Of a DNA stretch of 64,000 nt, positions 15,097 through 28,200 are shown piece after piece. Each line of letters opens with the position of its first letter. Position 1 is the stretch's first letter. This DNA is from Octopus vulgaris (Eukaryota). A program made the translations under genes and the position numbers. The stretch is taken from contig OX597832.1 of NCBI GenBank assembly GCA_951406725.2, positions 17,484,001 to 17,548,000 on the forward strand. Reading direction: 5' to 3'. Below the pieces are notes generated by a model that was not told where the DNA came from, did no database searches, and worked only from the letters and a program-made list of their open reading frames with translations.

Positions 15097-15705
15097 AGTG
15101 TGCGATAATTAAATTATCGGCATTTTATAATTTTCCTTTCGCGCATGTGCACGGTTTGTCTTTGATTTTGTCCGCTACATATCATTGTAGGGTCAGTTGG
15201 GCACAGTCTTTTAGAAAAAAACAGCGCCATGGCGGAATTCACTCTCCCAGAAATTTGGAAACGACATGTTGAACCGCTTCGCATTCGCACCAGATGCTCC
15301 AATATGCACCGACAGTGATAAAATGGAAACGTTCATTCCACATCTTGGTGTTTTGAGTGATCACTAGTGATGGCGACGTTATGCCTCCATTCATCTTCCC
15401 ACTCGGCCTCAGATTCAACACACAAGTCTACATCAAGTGCCTAGAAGAGGTGGTGCTGCTCTGAGTCAAAGTGGCTGTTGGAAGACCCTATGCCTGTCAA
15501 CAGGACTGAATCATACCACAGAAGCAGGAGAATCCAGTCATGGCCGTCAGACAATTTATGCAACCACATCACCCCTAACATTTGGCCGCCAAACTCCCAA
15601 GACTCCAACACTCTTGGTTATGTGTGCGATACTGTTGAGCGAGAGACCAACAAAACTCTGTGTAACACCAAAGATAAACTGAAGGTAAGGATTATGGCAG
15701 TCTAG
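15097..15705 (+). mobile_element. Tc1/mariner (maT/DD37D-like) DNA transposon remnant, internally deleted
   Basis: Translation VITSDGDVMPPFIFPLGLRFNTQVYIKCLEEVV...GRPYACQQD...IWPPNSQDSNTLGY (~WPPNSPDLNPLDY). Possible TIR start CAGTGTGCGATAATTAAAT at 15097. Stops and frameshifts. Confidence 0.85.
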
Positions 15706-16186
15706 TTGGTGTCCCAGGATGGCAGCAATCAAATGACTGAAACAAGTAGATGAAATATGATGCAATATATACATATACGTTTATGAATTTGTTTTGCAAA
15801 ATTCCTGATGTGAAATCGTGTGTTGAAACAGATATTGTTATATTTCGGGATGGTCATGCTTTTCTTGCCCAAGAAACACACGCACTATTTATTCGTTCTT
15901 CAGTCTTTTATTATTGTTCTTATTGACTGGAAATCTTTCGTTACACGTCTGTGAACTCTACAACGACTCTTCTATCGCGCGTGTAGCTTCTTGTTCAGTT
16001 TTAAAATATAAGAAATAGAGATAAATAAGAAAACACAAGAAGGAAAACAAACTCTAGAAAGGGCAGGGATACAGACAATATAGTAAGCAAACCTGTGTGT
16101 CTATGTGATTTGTATATGTGTGTATATGGGTTTACTTACTATATCTGCTTGTATCCGTGCCTTTTATATAGCTTTTATAATAATAA

Positions 16187-16208
16187 TAATATTAATAATA
16201 ATAATAAT

Positions 16209-16305
<97 letters not shown>

Positions 16306-16315
16306 GCAGCAGCAA
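16187..16315. repeat. (TAA)n-(CAA)n-(CAG)n microsatellite
   Basis: Direct reading. Confidence 0.95.
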
Positions 16316-16341
16316 TCACGGTTTCAAATTTAAAGTACAAT

Positions 16342-16386
16342 AGTTTTGTTGGTCTCTCGCTCAACAGTATCGCACACATAACCAAG
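16342..16386 (-). repeat. 45-bp exact inverted copy of 15613-15657
   Basis: agttttgttggtctctcgctcaacagtatcgcacacataaccaag is the exact reverse complement of the transposase segment. Confidence 0.92.
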
Positions 16387-16551
16387 CTTTCGAACAAGTC
16401 TGATTGCGAATAAAACGTGGATATATATTTAAATACTGAGGGTAGAAATTGATATGAATCAATTAACATCAATTTAAACCAGTGGTCTAGCAATTTTTAA
16501 AAAATCCGAATATTTAAAAATTATATTACAATTAATAAGAGGGATCTTATC

Positions 16552-16706
<155 letters not shown>

Positions 16707-17166
16707 TATAAATCCCGATTTATTCGTGATCACAGACGTTCGTAAACCGAGTTTCTACTTTATTAAATGAATATAGGGAAGACAAGAGATAAAGTACTAT
16801 TTATTCGTGATTAGAGTTGTTTCAAAACAAGGTTCTACTGTGTCAATAATAAGTTTTAATTGTAACGGTAGTAATAAGAAAAATAATGATGATATTAAAT
16901 GAATAATAATAATAATAATTGTAGATGTTAAAAATAGTATACAGTGCACTAGCAGAACCACCGCCAACAAAAACATAACAACACATTCAAAGGATATTTA
17001 CAAGAAAAACAAACAAGCCTAACAACGAAACTAGTGAAGTGTTCTTGTAAGACATTTACGGTGTGGTTATTTTTATTGATATCAAGTTCAAACCAAGCAG
17101 AGAAACAGTCAACACGGTACAATATTTCTTATCTGCAAACACATATGTATCTATATATATATATAC

Positions 17167-17262
<96 letters not shown>

Positions 17263-17504
17263 TCTTCCTTTTTCTAGGTTTGTACTTTTACTTTCACTCT
17301 TCGAATTTCTTCGCTCTCTTGATCAGCTTTAATCTAACAAGCGTGAAGAGTTTATATACAAATACGTATATATTGTGAACAAGCTTAGAAGTGCAGAGTG
17401 AGTCGCTATTCTACGGAAATAACAAGAATTCAGGAACGCAAGAAGTCTGTGAAGACAGCTTAGAATATCGGGTAAATTCCCTTTAACAGACGGAGTAAAG
17501 TGCC

Positions 17505-17582
17505 CAGCAAACCTTCATCTAGACTCGAATACTACATCTCTCGATTTCCTGCTGAGCGCTCTGTACCATGAGGCTAAGATAC
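17505..17582 (-). mobile_element. Degenerate tRNA-like SINE head
   Basis: Minus strand reads tagcctcatggtacagagcgctc...attcgagtc, with A- and B-box-like spacing. Confidence 0.3.
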
Positions 17583-17957
17583 TCTGACGAAAGTTCGTCG
17601 TCTTTATATAATGCTAAGTAATGTGAGAACATTTTCTAAACAATTTTATAAGCACCGCGTGTGTCGGTATTCCACAGAAAATGAAAGATTTCACGAACGA
17701 AGGAAGGCTGTGAAGACAGCATATATATACATACAAGCTACTTACTACACAGCCACTCCTGCACATATATATATAAATACGCACGTGCCCTCACGCACAC
17801 ACACACACAAAACAAATATATATTCACATACACACACACACACACACATATATATATATGAGTTCAGTAAAATTTAGATTCAGTTGAATATGGTACTTAA
17901 ATTAAAGGCACCAGAATTTAGTATGGTATTATCCATATAATTCAAAATGGGGTGATT

Positions 17958-18118
17958 ACAATCAAAATAAGCAAGATGGATATCCAGAGGTAGTACAGTA
18001 CGATCGTTTCATGCAACTCCATTTAATTGAACAATGCAAATATTACATCAAATTTAAAATGTAAAGCAATCTTCAGCTGCATAAAAATATAGAATTTAGT
18101 TAAATTCAAAGGATTCAT
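17958..18118 (+). repeat. Dispersed ~160-bp repeat, unclassified
   Basis: Reverse-complement copy at 34545-34703 (atcaaaataagcaa...ggatatccagaggta...actccatttaattgaacaatgcaaa...catAaaaatatagaatttagttaaattc). Strand assignment is arbitrary. Confidence 0.8.
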
Positions 18119-18789
18119 TTGTATACTTTTTCTATATATATATATAAATACATATATATGTGTGTGTGTATATAAATACGTGCGCGCGCAGACGTAAACA
18201 CACAAACACACACGCACACACATACACAGGGAGAAGCAAATGCGTATCTTATGTGTAGTATATATAGGTGGTTTATAATATTACGTCTCTATGTATGCAG
18301 GTGTGTGCTTGTGTATATATGTGTGTACTTGTGAGTGTAAGATACACTCTCCGAAGGAAAATGTACCATCTGATAACTTGTCAATATTTCAAGCAACCGT
18401 CAGAAGTTGAACGAATCTTTATTCCTAACAGAATTCTGGATTGTATAACCTGACTTCGGGGTTGCATGCACTGACATCCATTGTTAAAAAACCAACGTCA
18501 TGGAGGATTTGTATCCTCTGAGTCTTGTTGGAAAACTAATGGAATTGCTTTTCCGCGTGGTATTTACTATACTGGACACTTGCTTACGGTCCAGTATTAA
18601 GGGACTCAAGCCTTAATACTTGTGGATGTAGAGAAATCTTCTTAAACGCACAGGCATGTGGGTGCCTAGTCTAGCCGCAGAAATATGAATTAATGGGACA
18701 AGAAGTCATCCCATTTCTAGTTTACACTAATAAAACAATGCGGAATTCACTGATACAAGCTCGTTGATACACACACACAATATATAAAT

Positions 18790-19120
18790 GGGTAAAGACC
18801 CCCTTCGGTCATGAATGACCATGGGATTGCACCTAGAAAGTTATCCTCCTAGACACAAGTCCGGGCAAGGTTGTTTATGGAAGGCCAGCAGTCGCCCATG
18901 CATACCAGCCTCCCCTCTCCACGCCACCAGTGTTATCCAAGGGAAAGACAAAGGTCGATACAGCTTGGCACCAGTGACGTCGCAGCTCATTTCTACAGCT
19001 GAGTGAACTGGAGCAACGTGAAATAAAGTGCCTTGCTCGAGAACACAACACGCAGCCCGGTCCGGGATTCGAGCTCACAACCTCACGATCGTAAGCTCGA
19101 CGCTCTAACCACTGAGCCAT
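18790..19120 (-). mobile_element. tRNA-derived SINE family D with a CORE-like central domain
   Basis: Minus strand has A box tggctcagtggttagagcg and B box gagctcgaatccc, then gagcaaggcactttatttcac...cagctgtagaaatg, which resembles the CORE domain. Confidence 0.85.
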
Positions 19121-19138
19121 ATATATATATATATGCAT

Positions 19139-19312
19139 ATTCTTTTATTCGTTTACTTGTTTCAGTCATTTGAATGCGGCCATGCTGGAGCACCGTCTTT
19201 AAATTGAATAACTCAACCTGAGGACTTATTCTTTGTAAGCCTAGTACTTTTTTATTGGTCTGTTTGCCGAACCGCTAAGTGACGGGACGTAAACACACCA
19301 GCACCAGTTGTC
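19139..19312 (-). mobile_element. SINE family A 3' fragment
   Basis: ttcttttattc...cagtcatttgaatgcggccatgctggagcacc...cacaccagca. Confidence 0.85.
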
Positions 19313-19465
19313 GGTATTTCGCCTATCGCTATCAAATCCGGCCGAGGTCGACTTTGCCTTTCTGCTTTTCAGTGTCGATATATTAAGTACCAGTTGCGTA
19401 CTAGATTGGATGCAATCGACTGGCTAACTCCCCCAAAAATTTCAGGCCTTGTGCCTAGAGTAGAA
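19312..19465 (+). mobile_element. SINE family B head-less fragment
   Basis: ggtatttcg...gccgaggtcgactttgccttt...aagtaccagttgcgtact...ggccttgtgccta. Confidence 0.75.
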
Positions 19466-19485
19466 ATGTATATCGTTTCCATTAA

Positions 19486-19905
19486 GGCGGCGAGCTGGCA
19501 GACTCGTTAGCATGCCGGACGAAATGCTTAGCGGTATTTCGCGTGTCGCTACGTTCTGAGTTCGCCGAGGTCGACTTTGCCTTTCATCTTTTTACGCACT
19601 GGGGTCGATATACTCGACTGAATCCGTTTGTCTGTCATTGTTTGCCTTTCATCCTTGCGGGGTCTATTAAATAAGTACCAGTTACGCACTGGGGTCGATA
19701 TAATCGATTTAATCCGTTTGTCTGTCATTGTTTGTCCCATCTGTGTTTAGCTCCTTGTGGGTAGTAAAGAAATAGGTATTTCGCATGTCGCTATATTCTG
19801 AGTTCAAATTTCGCCGAAGGTGACTTTACCTTTCATCCTTTCGGAATTAATGAATTAAGTACCAGTGAAATATTGGGGTTGATGTAATAGACTAGTCCCC
19901 TCCTC
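19486..19905 (+). mobile_element. tRNA-derived SINE family B with an internal duplication and a tandem second unit
   Basis: Head ggcggcgagctggcagactcgttagc, body gtcgactttgcctttcatcc...taagtaccagttacgcactggggtcgat. Restarts at aaagaaata|ggtatttcg (19774/19775). Confidence 0.9.
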
Positions 19906-19947
19906 ACAAGCGCAAACACAAAGTAACACACAGGCACACGCATACAA

Positions 19948-20100
19948 TGGGTTTTCTCTTAGTTTCCGTTAACCCACTTCATTTATAGGGCATTAGTCGG
20001 ACGGTTTGGGGATACAGTAAAAGACACTTGTTCAGAATGCCACAATGGAACTGAACACGAAAGCTGCTGGATGGGAAACGACTTTCGTAACTATACAGTC
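19948..20100 (-). mobile_element. Degenerate SINE family A 5' half
   Basis: agtttccgtt...aagacacttg...gccacaatggaactgaacac resembles the reverse complement of the family A head. Confidence 0.6.
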
Positions 20101-20249
20101 TTTCCTTTGCTAATTCTGTTTTTATGGTGTCTGGTGAAGTGTGTTGTAATTGCTCCCTGTTTCGTGAATATGCGAGAGTGTTGAGCATATCTGACGAGAG
20201 AACATTTGGAAACGTCGGAAGATTTCTGATGTCATGGGTGCCGTAAGAA

Positions 20250-20520
20250 ATTAGTAGTTGTAGTAGTAGTAATATTGGTGGTGGTGGTCGTCGTGGTCGT
20301 GGTGGTAGTGATGATGGTGGTAGTAGTATTTGTTATAGCATTATCAGTAGTAGTGGCTGTAGCAACAGTGGTTGCAGCAGCAGTAATAGTAGTATTTGTA
20401 GTAGCAGCAAAATTAGAACTACTACTACTACTACTACTACCACTACCACTGCTGCTGCTTTTGTTACTGCTGCTACCACTACCACTACCACTACCACTGC
20501 TGCTACTGCTGCTGCTGCTG

Positions 20521-20579
<59 letters not shown>

Positions 20580-20590
20580 TCTACTATCAA
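20250..20590. repeat. (GTG/GTA)n followed by (CTA/CTG)n trinucleotide tracts
   Basis: Direct reading. The two halves are roughly complementary. Confidence 0.9.
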
Positions 20591-21241
20591 TTCTCGGCTG
20601 TGAGAATGTGCAGTATGGTCTTATAAGTTTTCAAAGCTGAGACGAATACTATTTCTATACAAAATAATACCACAAATTAAAAAAAAAAAAAACACACACG
20701 CATACAAGCAAAAAGAAAACTAAGGGCTATATAAATAAATAAAAAAATGTAAATACATAAATATATAAACAAACAAACAAACAATAAGTATAGCAACAAC
20801 AAGATCACACAGTAAACAGGAACCAGTCAACCAACCGACCAACCAACCAACCAACAAACAAAACTATCCGGTCAACCAGCCATCCGAGCGAACGAACGTA
20901 CAGCAAGCATCAAAGATAAATGTAACCAACAAACAAAACACACACACATACACACACACATACCTATCTTTGTATATATCTGTGTGTGTGGTGGTGGTGG
21001 CGGGGTGATTGTGCATGTAGGTGTGTATATGTGTTTGTGAGTGTGTGTATGTGTGTCTTCCCTTCATATCGTTTCCGTTGTCTTGGTAATGTAAAGCATG
21101 TATGCGTATGTGAGTATGTTATACGTTTGTATTTCAACAGAATTATATACACTCGTACCAAAGAAACAAAGATATAAGTGTTCATGAATTTCTGTACATA
21201 TATATAATTGTCATATATACATATGTATGTATGAATATATG

Positions 21242-21356
<115 letters not shown>

Positions 21357-21803
21357 ATATATATATATATTCATATATAAATATATATATATACCTGCAC
21401 ACATACCTATATATATATATGTACACTCAAATATATATATATACATATTTATACATATATATATATATTTATCTCTCTCTCTCTCTTAATCTCTTTCTCT
21501 CCCTATATATATATGTATGTATGTATGTATATATATATATATGTATTTATATATGTATGTATACATATGCAGACCGACAGACAGATACATAAATTGAGAA
21601 CCAGATAGGTACGTACATATATAGACAGACGTACGTACCTTCGTACTTAGACATACATATGTATGTATATACATGAGTATATCTATTAATTATATATATG
21701 CATTTACATACGTACGTGCATACATATATATGTATATACTGACACACCAGCTTATATACTCAACACTGACAAATGTAAATATGTAAAAGAATAGAAGATA
21801 TCC

Positions 21804-21862
<59 letters not shown>

Positions 21863-22484
21863 CTCACATATGCGTCTGTGTGTGTGTACGTGTGCGTTTT
21901 TGTGTGCGTGCATGTGTACGTGTTTGCTTCTCTATGTGTACTTATAATACAGAATGAAATATAAGCGAGGACTGTGTGAAAACGTGAAAAATAAAAAAAA
22001 AAGATCTTGTACATCAAAATAACTAAAAAATAAGGTAAAAAGCGAAACACAAAAAATCAAAATATAATTCCAGGCAAACATACAATAAAAGCGCGGCAAA
22101 AACATGTACTAAAGAAAAGAAACTAGAAAGCTTTAGAGTAAAAAAAAACAAAAAAACATTGTCCTAACATGATTTCCATCGATTTTTTTTTTCACTATGT
22201 TGTGATTGACAAGGTTTTCAATAAAACTAACGTTTTGTACAACATCACCAAGACCAAATATTTATACACTTAAATGCAAGGTAGGAATAATATTTACATA
22301 TATGTATGTATAGATGTATTATGAATGGCTGGCTGCATGATGAGTATAAGCATGTATGTATGTATGTATGTACGTCAATGTGTGTATGTGTGTATGTATG
22401 TGTGTATGTGCGTACTTATGTATAATTGTATCTATAAGTATGGGTGTATATATATATATTTACATATATATATATATATATATT

Positions 22485-22528
<44 letters not shown>

Positions 22529-22838
22529 TACACACATGCACACACACATATATATATATAAAGATAGATATAGATAGATGGATAGGTAGATAGACATATG
22601 CATATATATCTTATACATATATATGTGTGTCTGTGCGTGTGTGTATGATACATTTTAGCATACATATATATATGTATAAACATATAATATGCACACGCGC
22701 ATATAGATGTGTGTGTGTGTGTATACATACCTATATTCATATACACATATGCATACATAGATATACATATGTATATATTTAGAGATACGCACACACACAC
22801 ACACACATATGTATACATATATATATGTATATATATAT

Positions 22839-22934
<96 letters not shown>

Positions 22935-23331
22935 GCAGACACAGAGTGACAGAGCGATTGATAGACAGATACACAGATAGATAGATAGATAGATAAATAG
23001 ATAGTTGATTTAGTTCGCAATTCGTTCAAGTAGATCATCTTATCTAATAGTGAAGATGATTTTGTCTTGTTTCACTGTTTTAAGGTTTTTAGATATTCCT
23101 TAGGAGAAAAGTTCCTTCATCAACAAACAACAACTCTACCGTGAGTGTTCTCTGTTATTAGGGGCATAGTACAAGAAAATCCAATATTCCATTACAGATT
23201 TATCTACTAACCCAATTACGAAAGCTTTGGATGCCCTCCTAAGATGTGGAGCATTGTAGATGATTGTAATCAATAACTGAGAAATTTGTCACACTGCAAT
23301 CTTTGTCAAAGTGAGAGTTGTGAATCAGTTT

Positions 23332-23399
23332 CCCCTCAAATGCCATCCCTTAAACGGCATCCCTTAAACGGCATCCCTCAAACGGCATTCCTCAAACAG
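23332..23399. repeat. 14-bp minisatellite, ~5 copies (CATCCCTYAAACGG)
   Basis: cccctcaaatgc catcccttaaacgg catcccttaaacgg catccctcaaacgg cattcctcaaacag. Confidence 0.9.
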
Positions 23400-23869
23400 C
23401 TAAAGCATCGCCACCGGTGGAATTTTCTTCATGTTTGTCTTTCTGATGCATGACAAACTTCCCTATAGCCGACTCGAATTCTTTCTCTTAGTAAGAATAT
23501 ATTCCGCAAACTACGCTATGCAGCTACCTTGAAGATCTCCGGTTTGAATTAGGTAGACTCCATTACAGCAGCCTAATCATATTATGTTTGTAAAATTTCC
23601 CCCACAGTACCTTTTCTGTGTGACATACCCGACCTAATATTTGAAAAATACTACGCAGGCGTAGTTTGTAGATTATTCTATGCTAATTCCAAAATGACAT
23701 CACCTTCCTTTGGAGAAATTAAAGTGTTATGAACTACTCGATATTAATTTTCAACTAGTAATGGTAGGCCATTTTCGGTATGCAGGACATAGGAATTGCC
23801 ACGTTCCATCTTCATTTATTTTGTTTAAGATACAAGTTTCCTTTCACCATGCTTTGTTTCTGATTTTGA

Positions 23870-24060
23870 ATTTTCGTTATATTTTAGTTGCTTCAGGAAT
23901 TGGACTGTGGCCCTGCTGTAGTTAAACTCGGATCACCGATTTCAAGGGTTTAATCAAAGAAATCGACCCATCTGCTTCACTTCTCAGACAGAGTACATAA
24001 TTTATCGGTCTCTTTTGCCGTACAGCTATGTTACAGTAAACAAAGAAACAGCGGTTTGTT
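23870..24060 (-). mobile_element. Degenerate SINE family A 3' half
   Basis: ggactgtggccctgctg...aaatcgaccc...tttatcggtctcttttgccgtacagcta. Confidence 0.6.
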
Positions 24061-24159
24061 AAGGGAGTGAGTGTAGAAATGCAAACATATTTATACACAC
24101 ACCATACACTTTCCTATATATGTGTGTGTGTTTCTCTGTGTGTGCATAGATAGATAGGT

Positions 24160-24201
<42 letters not shown>

Positions 24202-24244
24202 GTGTGTGTGTGTGTGTGTGTGTGTATGTATAAATATATATAAA

Positions 24245-24445
24245 CCAGAGGAACCACATAAATGCGAAACAAGGTGGAAAAAGTAGTACTCGAATACCAG
24301 AGGTAGAGTAATATGATTTATTAAAAAGCAGCAAAAATATCACAAAAGCTGTTACTCAATCTCACGTTCCCGTCGTTGGGGGAGCATGAAACTCTGAGTA
24401 ACTGTTTTTGTGGTATTTTTGCTGCTTTTTAATAAAGTATATTTT
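24245..24445. mobile_element. Inverted-repeat element with 42-bp arms, possibly Penelope-derived
   Basis: tttattaaaaagcagcaaaaatatcacaaaagctgttactca (24317-24358) pairs with tgagtaactgtttttgtggtatttttgctgctttttaataaa (24395-24436). Confidence 0.6.
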
Positions 24446-24704
24446 TATATATATATATACAAGTGGTTTTCAAACTTTTCGTATTCAAAATTCTTTTATA
24501 TAAGGCACATAATAAATGTGCCTAGTGCTCTTTATTTGGTCTTCTAGCACAGTAAATGCTGAATTTCATTCTATGCTGAATTTCATTCTATGCCGAATTT
24601 ACAAACCTGGGCATAGTACATAAACGTAGCGCGAACAGCTGCGTTCAGTTTCTGTAAGAAGACTGCGAAACGTTAAACTGCATGGAGCCGAATCAAACTA
24701 GAAC

Positions 24705-24727
24705 TCCTCCTCCTCCTCCTCCTCCTC

Positions 24728-24768
<41 letters not shown>

Positions 24769-24855
24769 GCAAATACTACTGCAAATACTACTACTACTAC
24801 TAATAATAATAATAACAATAATAACAATAATAATAATAATAATAATATCAAAAAT

Positions 24856-24938
<83 letters not shown>

Positions 24939-24970
24939 TCATAATAATAATAATAATGTTAATATTAATA
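24705..24970. repeat. (TCC)n-(TAC)n-(TAA)n compound microsatellite
   Basis: Direct reading. Confidence 0.95.
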
Positions 24971-24979
24971 AAAAACATA

Positions 24980-25400
24980 TATTTTCTCGTGTTTTTAATT
25001 GTTTAAACTCTTTCTGTGAAGAAGGAACTTACATCATACAAAGATTCAAAGCTCTATCCTTGGAATGCAGATAACATAAACAATGTTACATTTTAAACTT
25101 GCGAAAGACAGAATTCCTTGCCTTTGTCATAAGTTATCGAGATTGAGAGAATCAACCAATCTAAATTAAATTGTTTATTGTGGTCTTTTAGATCCCAAAT
25201 TAATTTATTAAACCCTGTACTGTTACGTTTATTCCTATCTCTAAATGTAGAGTAATGATTAAACATTCTTTTAGATAACTGGGAAGATGTGCTTCCTATA
25301 TAAAAATATACTTGATTGCGAATAGTAAGTTTATACTGTTATATAGAATTTTTTATTTAAGAGTTACGTGACATAAACTTGATTCTGCTGTAATTGACTT
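24980..25400 (-). pseudogene. GIY-YIG endonuclease remnant of a Penelope-like retroelement
   Basis: Minus strand 25312-25096 reads VYFYIGSTSSQLSKRMFNHYSTFRDRNKRNSTGFNKLIWDLKDHNKQFNLDWLILSISITYDKGKEFC. This fits the PLE endonuclease pattern YIG.T....R..NH...F...NST.L...IW.LK...W.IL. Confidence 0.8.
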
Positions 25401-25879
25401 CAGATACAATAACCCTGTTATTAATATTTCTAGAGAATGGATGATATTAACTAAATCAATGTTAGTATTAGTAAATGTATTAATATTTAACAGGTTAATA
25501 TTGTGTGAAGAGATTATTTTTTTGTGTTGGAAAGAGCAATCCTAACCAGCGGCAAGCTGAATAAAATAGCTCAGAAAATAAACATTAGAGTCGATGCCTT
25601 TGGTTAAAAAGGTTATTGTTCGAGGCGGTGCCCCAGCGTGGCCACAGTGTAACAAATGAAACAAGTAAAAGATAATACATACACGTGGCGCCTATTTTAA
25701 TGACAAAATTTAGTTTTTCACTGATGGTGGGATAGGGGTCAATTTCCAGGTTTCCTAAAGGTGTTCAAAGTGAAGGAAGTAACGAAGGGCTAAAACACAG
25801 AAACTAGTTATGGAATGACTAGGTACTAGTCACCAACATCTGATGAAGTGGTACTTGTGTCAAGCAAATTTAATTGTAA

Positions 25880-26133
25880 TTTGCTTCAGGGAAACTGCCG
25901 TAGTCGTTGTCGACTTCGTCATTGTCATCATCGTGATCGTGGTCAACGTAGTGGTCGTAGCGGCCGTCGTGATATTGATGAACTCCGGCCAATTCAATCA
26001 CGATTACTAACACAACACAAGCGTGAGCGACGACAAGGATGATGGTTATCATCAACACATCACCTACGCTCTCATTCGCTCGTTACCAAGACGACGACGA
26101 CGACGACAACCGGCCCTCACAAATACTACAACA

Positions 26134-26197
<64 letters not shown>

Positions 26198-26294
26198 TCA
26201 CTGCTGATGTTGCTGCTGCCACTGCTGCTACGGCTGCCACTGCTACTACTGCCACTACGGCTGCTGTCGCCCCTCTTCCCCCTCATATTACTAG

Positions 26295-26326
<32 letters not shown>

Positions 26327-28200
26327 TAACTGCTGCTGCTGCTGCCACTGCTACTGCAACTGCTACAGCTGGTGCTGCTGCCACTCTTCCCCCTCTTCTT
26401 ACCACTACTACAACTACTACTACTACTACTGCTGTTAATACTATTACCACCACTACTTCTATTACGATGACGACGACAACCACCACCACCACAATTACCA
26501 CTACTGTCACACGCACACCGCTATACTGCACCACTGCTTTCACCGCACCCCTCACCACTACATATACCACCGACACATCAGGTCTTCCCCCACCAACACC
26601 ATCACTAATATCTCTGTCTCACTACGACAGCAACCATGAACAACAACACTGCTACTACCAACGATACCACCACAACCACCTCCTTTACAGTAGCACCTCT
26701 ACAGATACTACCACACACACTACAACCATCGCAAACGGCAACACCAGTGACCCGAACATCACCACAACCAATTCAACGTCCGCAACCATCATTGCCACTG
26801 CCATCACCGATATCGCTACCACTGCAAACATCAGCACCACTCACTACTACCACCAGTACTATCACTACGGACACCACCAGATTTGGACCATGACCAACAC
26901 CCCCCAACGTCAACATCATCAGTATCATCATCATCGATATCATCACAACTATGGCAATCACCGTAACCACCACCACTACTACCACCACCATCACTACCAC
27001 TAACAACCCTATTCTTATCACGACCAACAATACCAGCAGCACTGCCACCAGGACAATGTCCACAACCACTGCTCCCACCTGCACTACAACCAGAACAGTC
27101 ACCACAACTACTGCTACCGACACTACTCTCACCACTCCCATTTGCACTAACAGCACTACAATCGGAACCATCTCTGCAACAACCACTACCACTAACAGCA
27201 CCACCACTACAATTAGCACCACAAGCACTACCACCAAAACAACTATCACAACTATTACTAACACTACTACTCTCACCACAAGAAATAGCTTCACAAGAGG
27301 AACAATCATCACCATCGCCAGAACTATAATTACTACCACCAACACCACAACCATTGCCACAATCCATTACCACAATCCACACTAACACCACTACCACAAC
27401 GATAACTACACCAACCACCACTACCACCACCACCAGCATCACCACTATAACCACAACTACCACAACAACAACCACTATCATCCCCCAACACATTCACTAC
27501 TACCAACACCACTACCTTCACCATCAACACCACTGCCTTCAGCACCACCACCACCACCATCACCAACATCACATCCACAACCACCTCCACAGCTACCACC
27601 AGCAGTACCACTACTGCCACCACCACCACCACCACCACCATCACCACCATCACATCCACAACCACCTCCACAGCTACCACCAGCAGTACCACTAACACGC
27701 TACTACTACTACCACTACCACTACCACCACCAACACCACACCACCGCCACTACCACCACCACTACCACCATCACCACCACCACTATCATCCCCACCACAA
27801 CCACAACCAACAGTACCACTACTACTACTACCACTACCACTGCTACCACCAACACCACACCACCGCCACTACCACCACCACCACCACCACTACCACCATC
27901 ACCACCACCACTATCATCCCCACCACAACCACAACCAACAGTACCTCTACTACTACGACTACCACCACTAACACCCCCAACACAGCTACTACCACCACCA
28001 CAATCACAACTATCACCACCACTACTCTTGGCACAACCAATAACACTAGCAACGCCATAAGCAGGACGGTTTCTGCAACCACCACTGTTACCACCATCAA
28101 CAACACTGCTGCCAACACCACCGACATCAACGCCACCACTACCACCACCACCAGCACTGCCGTCACCACCACTATCACCAGTACCACCATTAAACCTCAC
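25880..28200. repeat. Long degenerate (ACC/ACT/AAC)n low-complexity array with higher-order duplications
   Basis: Thr-like and His-like registers alternate. Duplicated blocks at 27558/27640 and 27727/27846. Confidence 0.9.

Noticed and set aside
15795-15970. Additional hammerhead-like motifs (cctgatgtg...gaaac on plus; ttgtagag-ttcaca-gacg-tgtaa-cgaaa on minus)
   Set aside because: The catalytic core is mutated or the stems are missing. At most these are decayed PLE relics.
26023-27385. 326-aa and 144-aa Thr-rich ORFs resembling mucin
   Set aside because: Built from ACN-type microsatellites. The register flips between Thr and His/Tyr frames, and there is no signal peptide or splice evidence.
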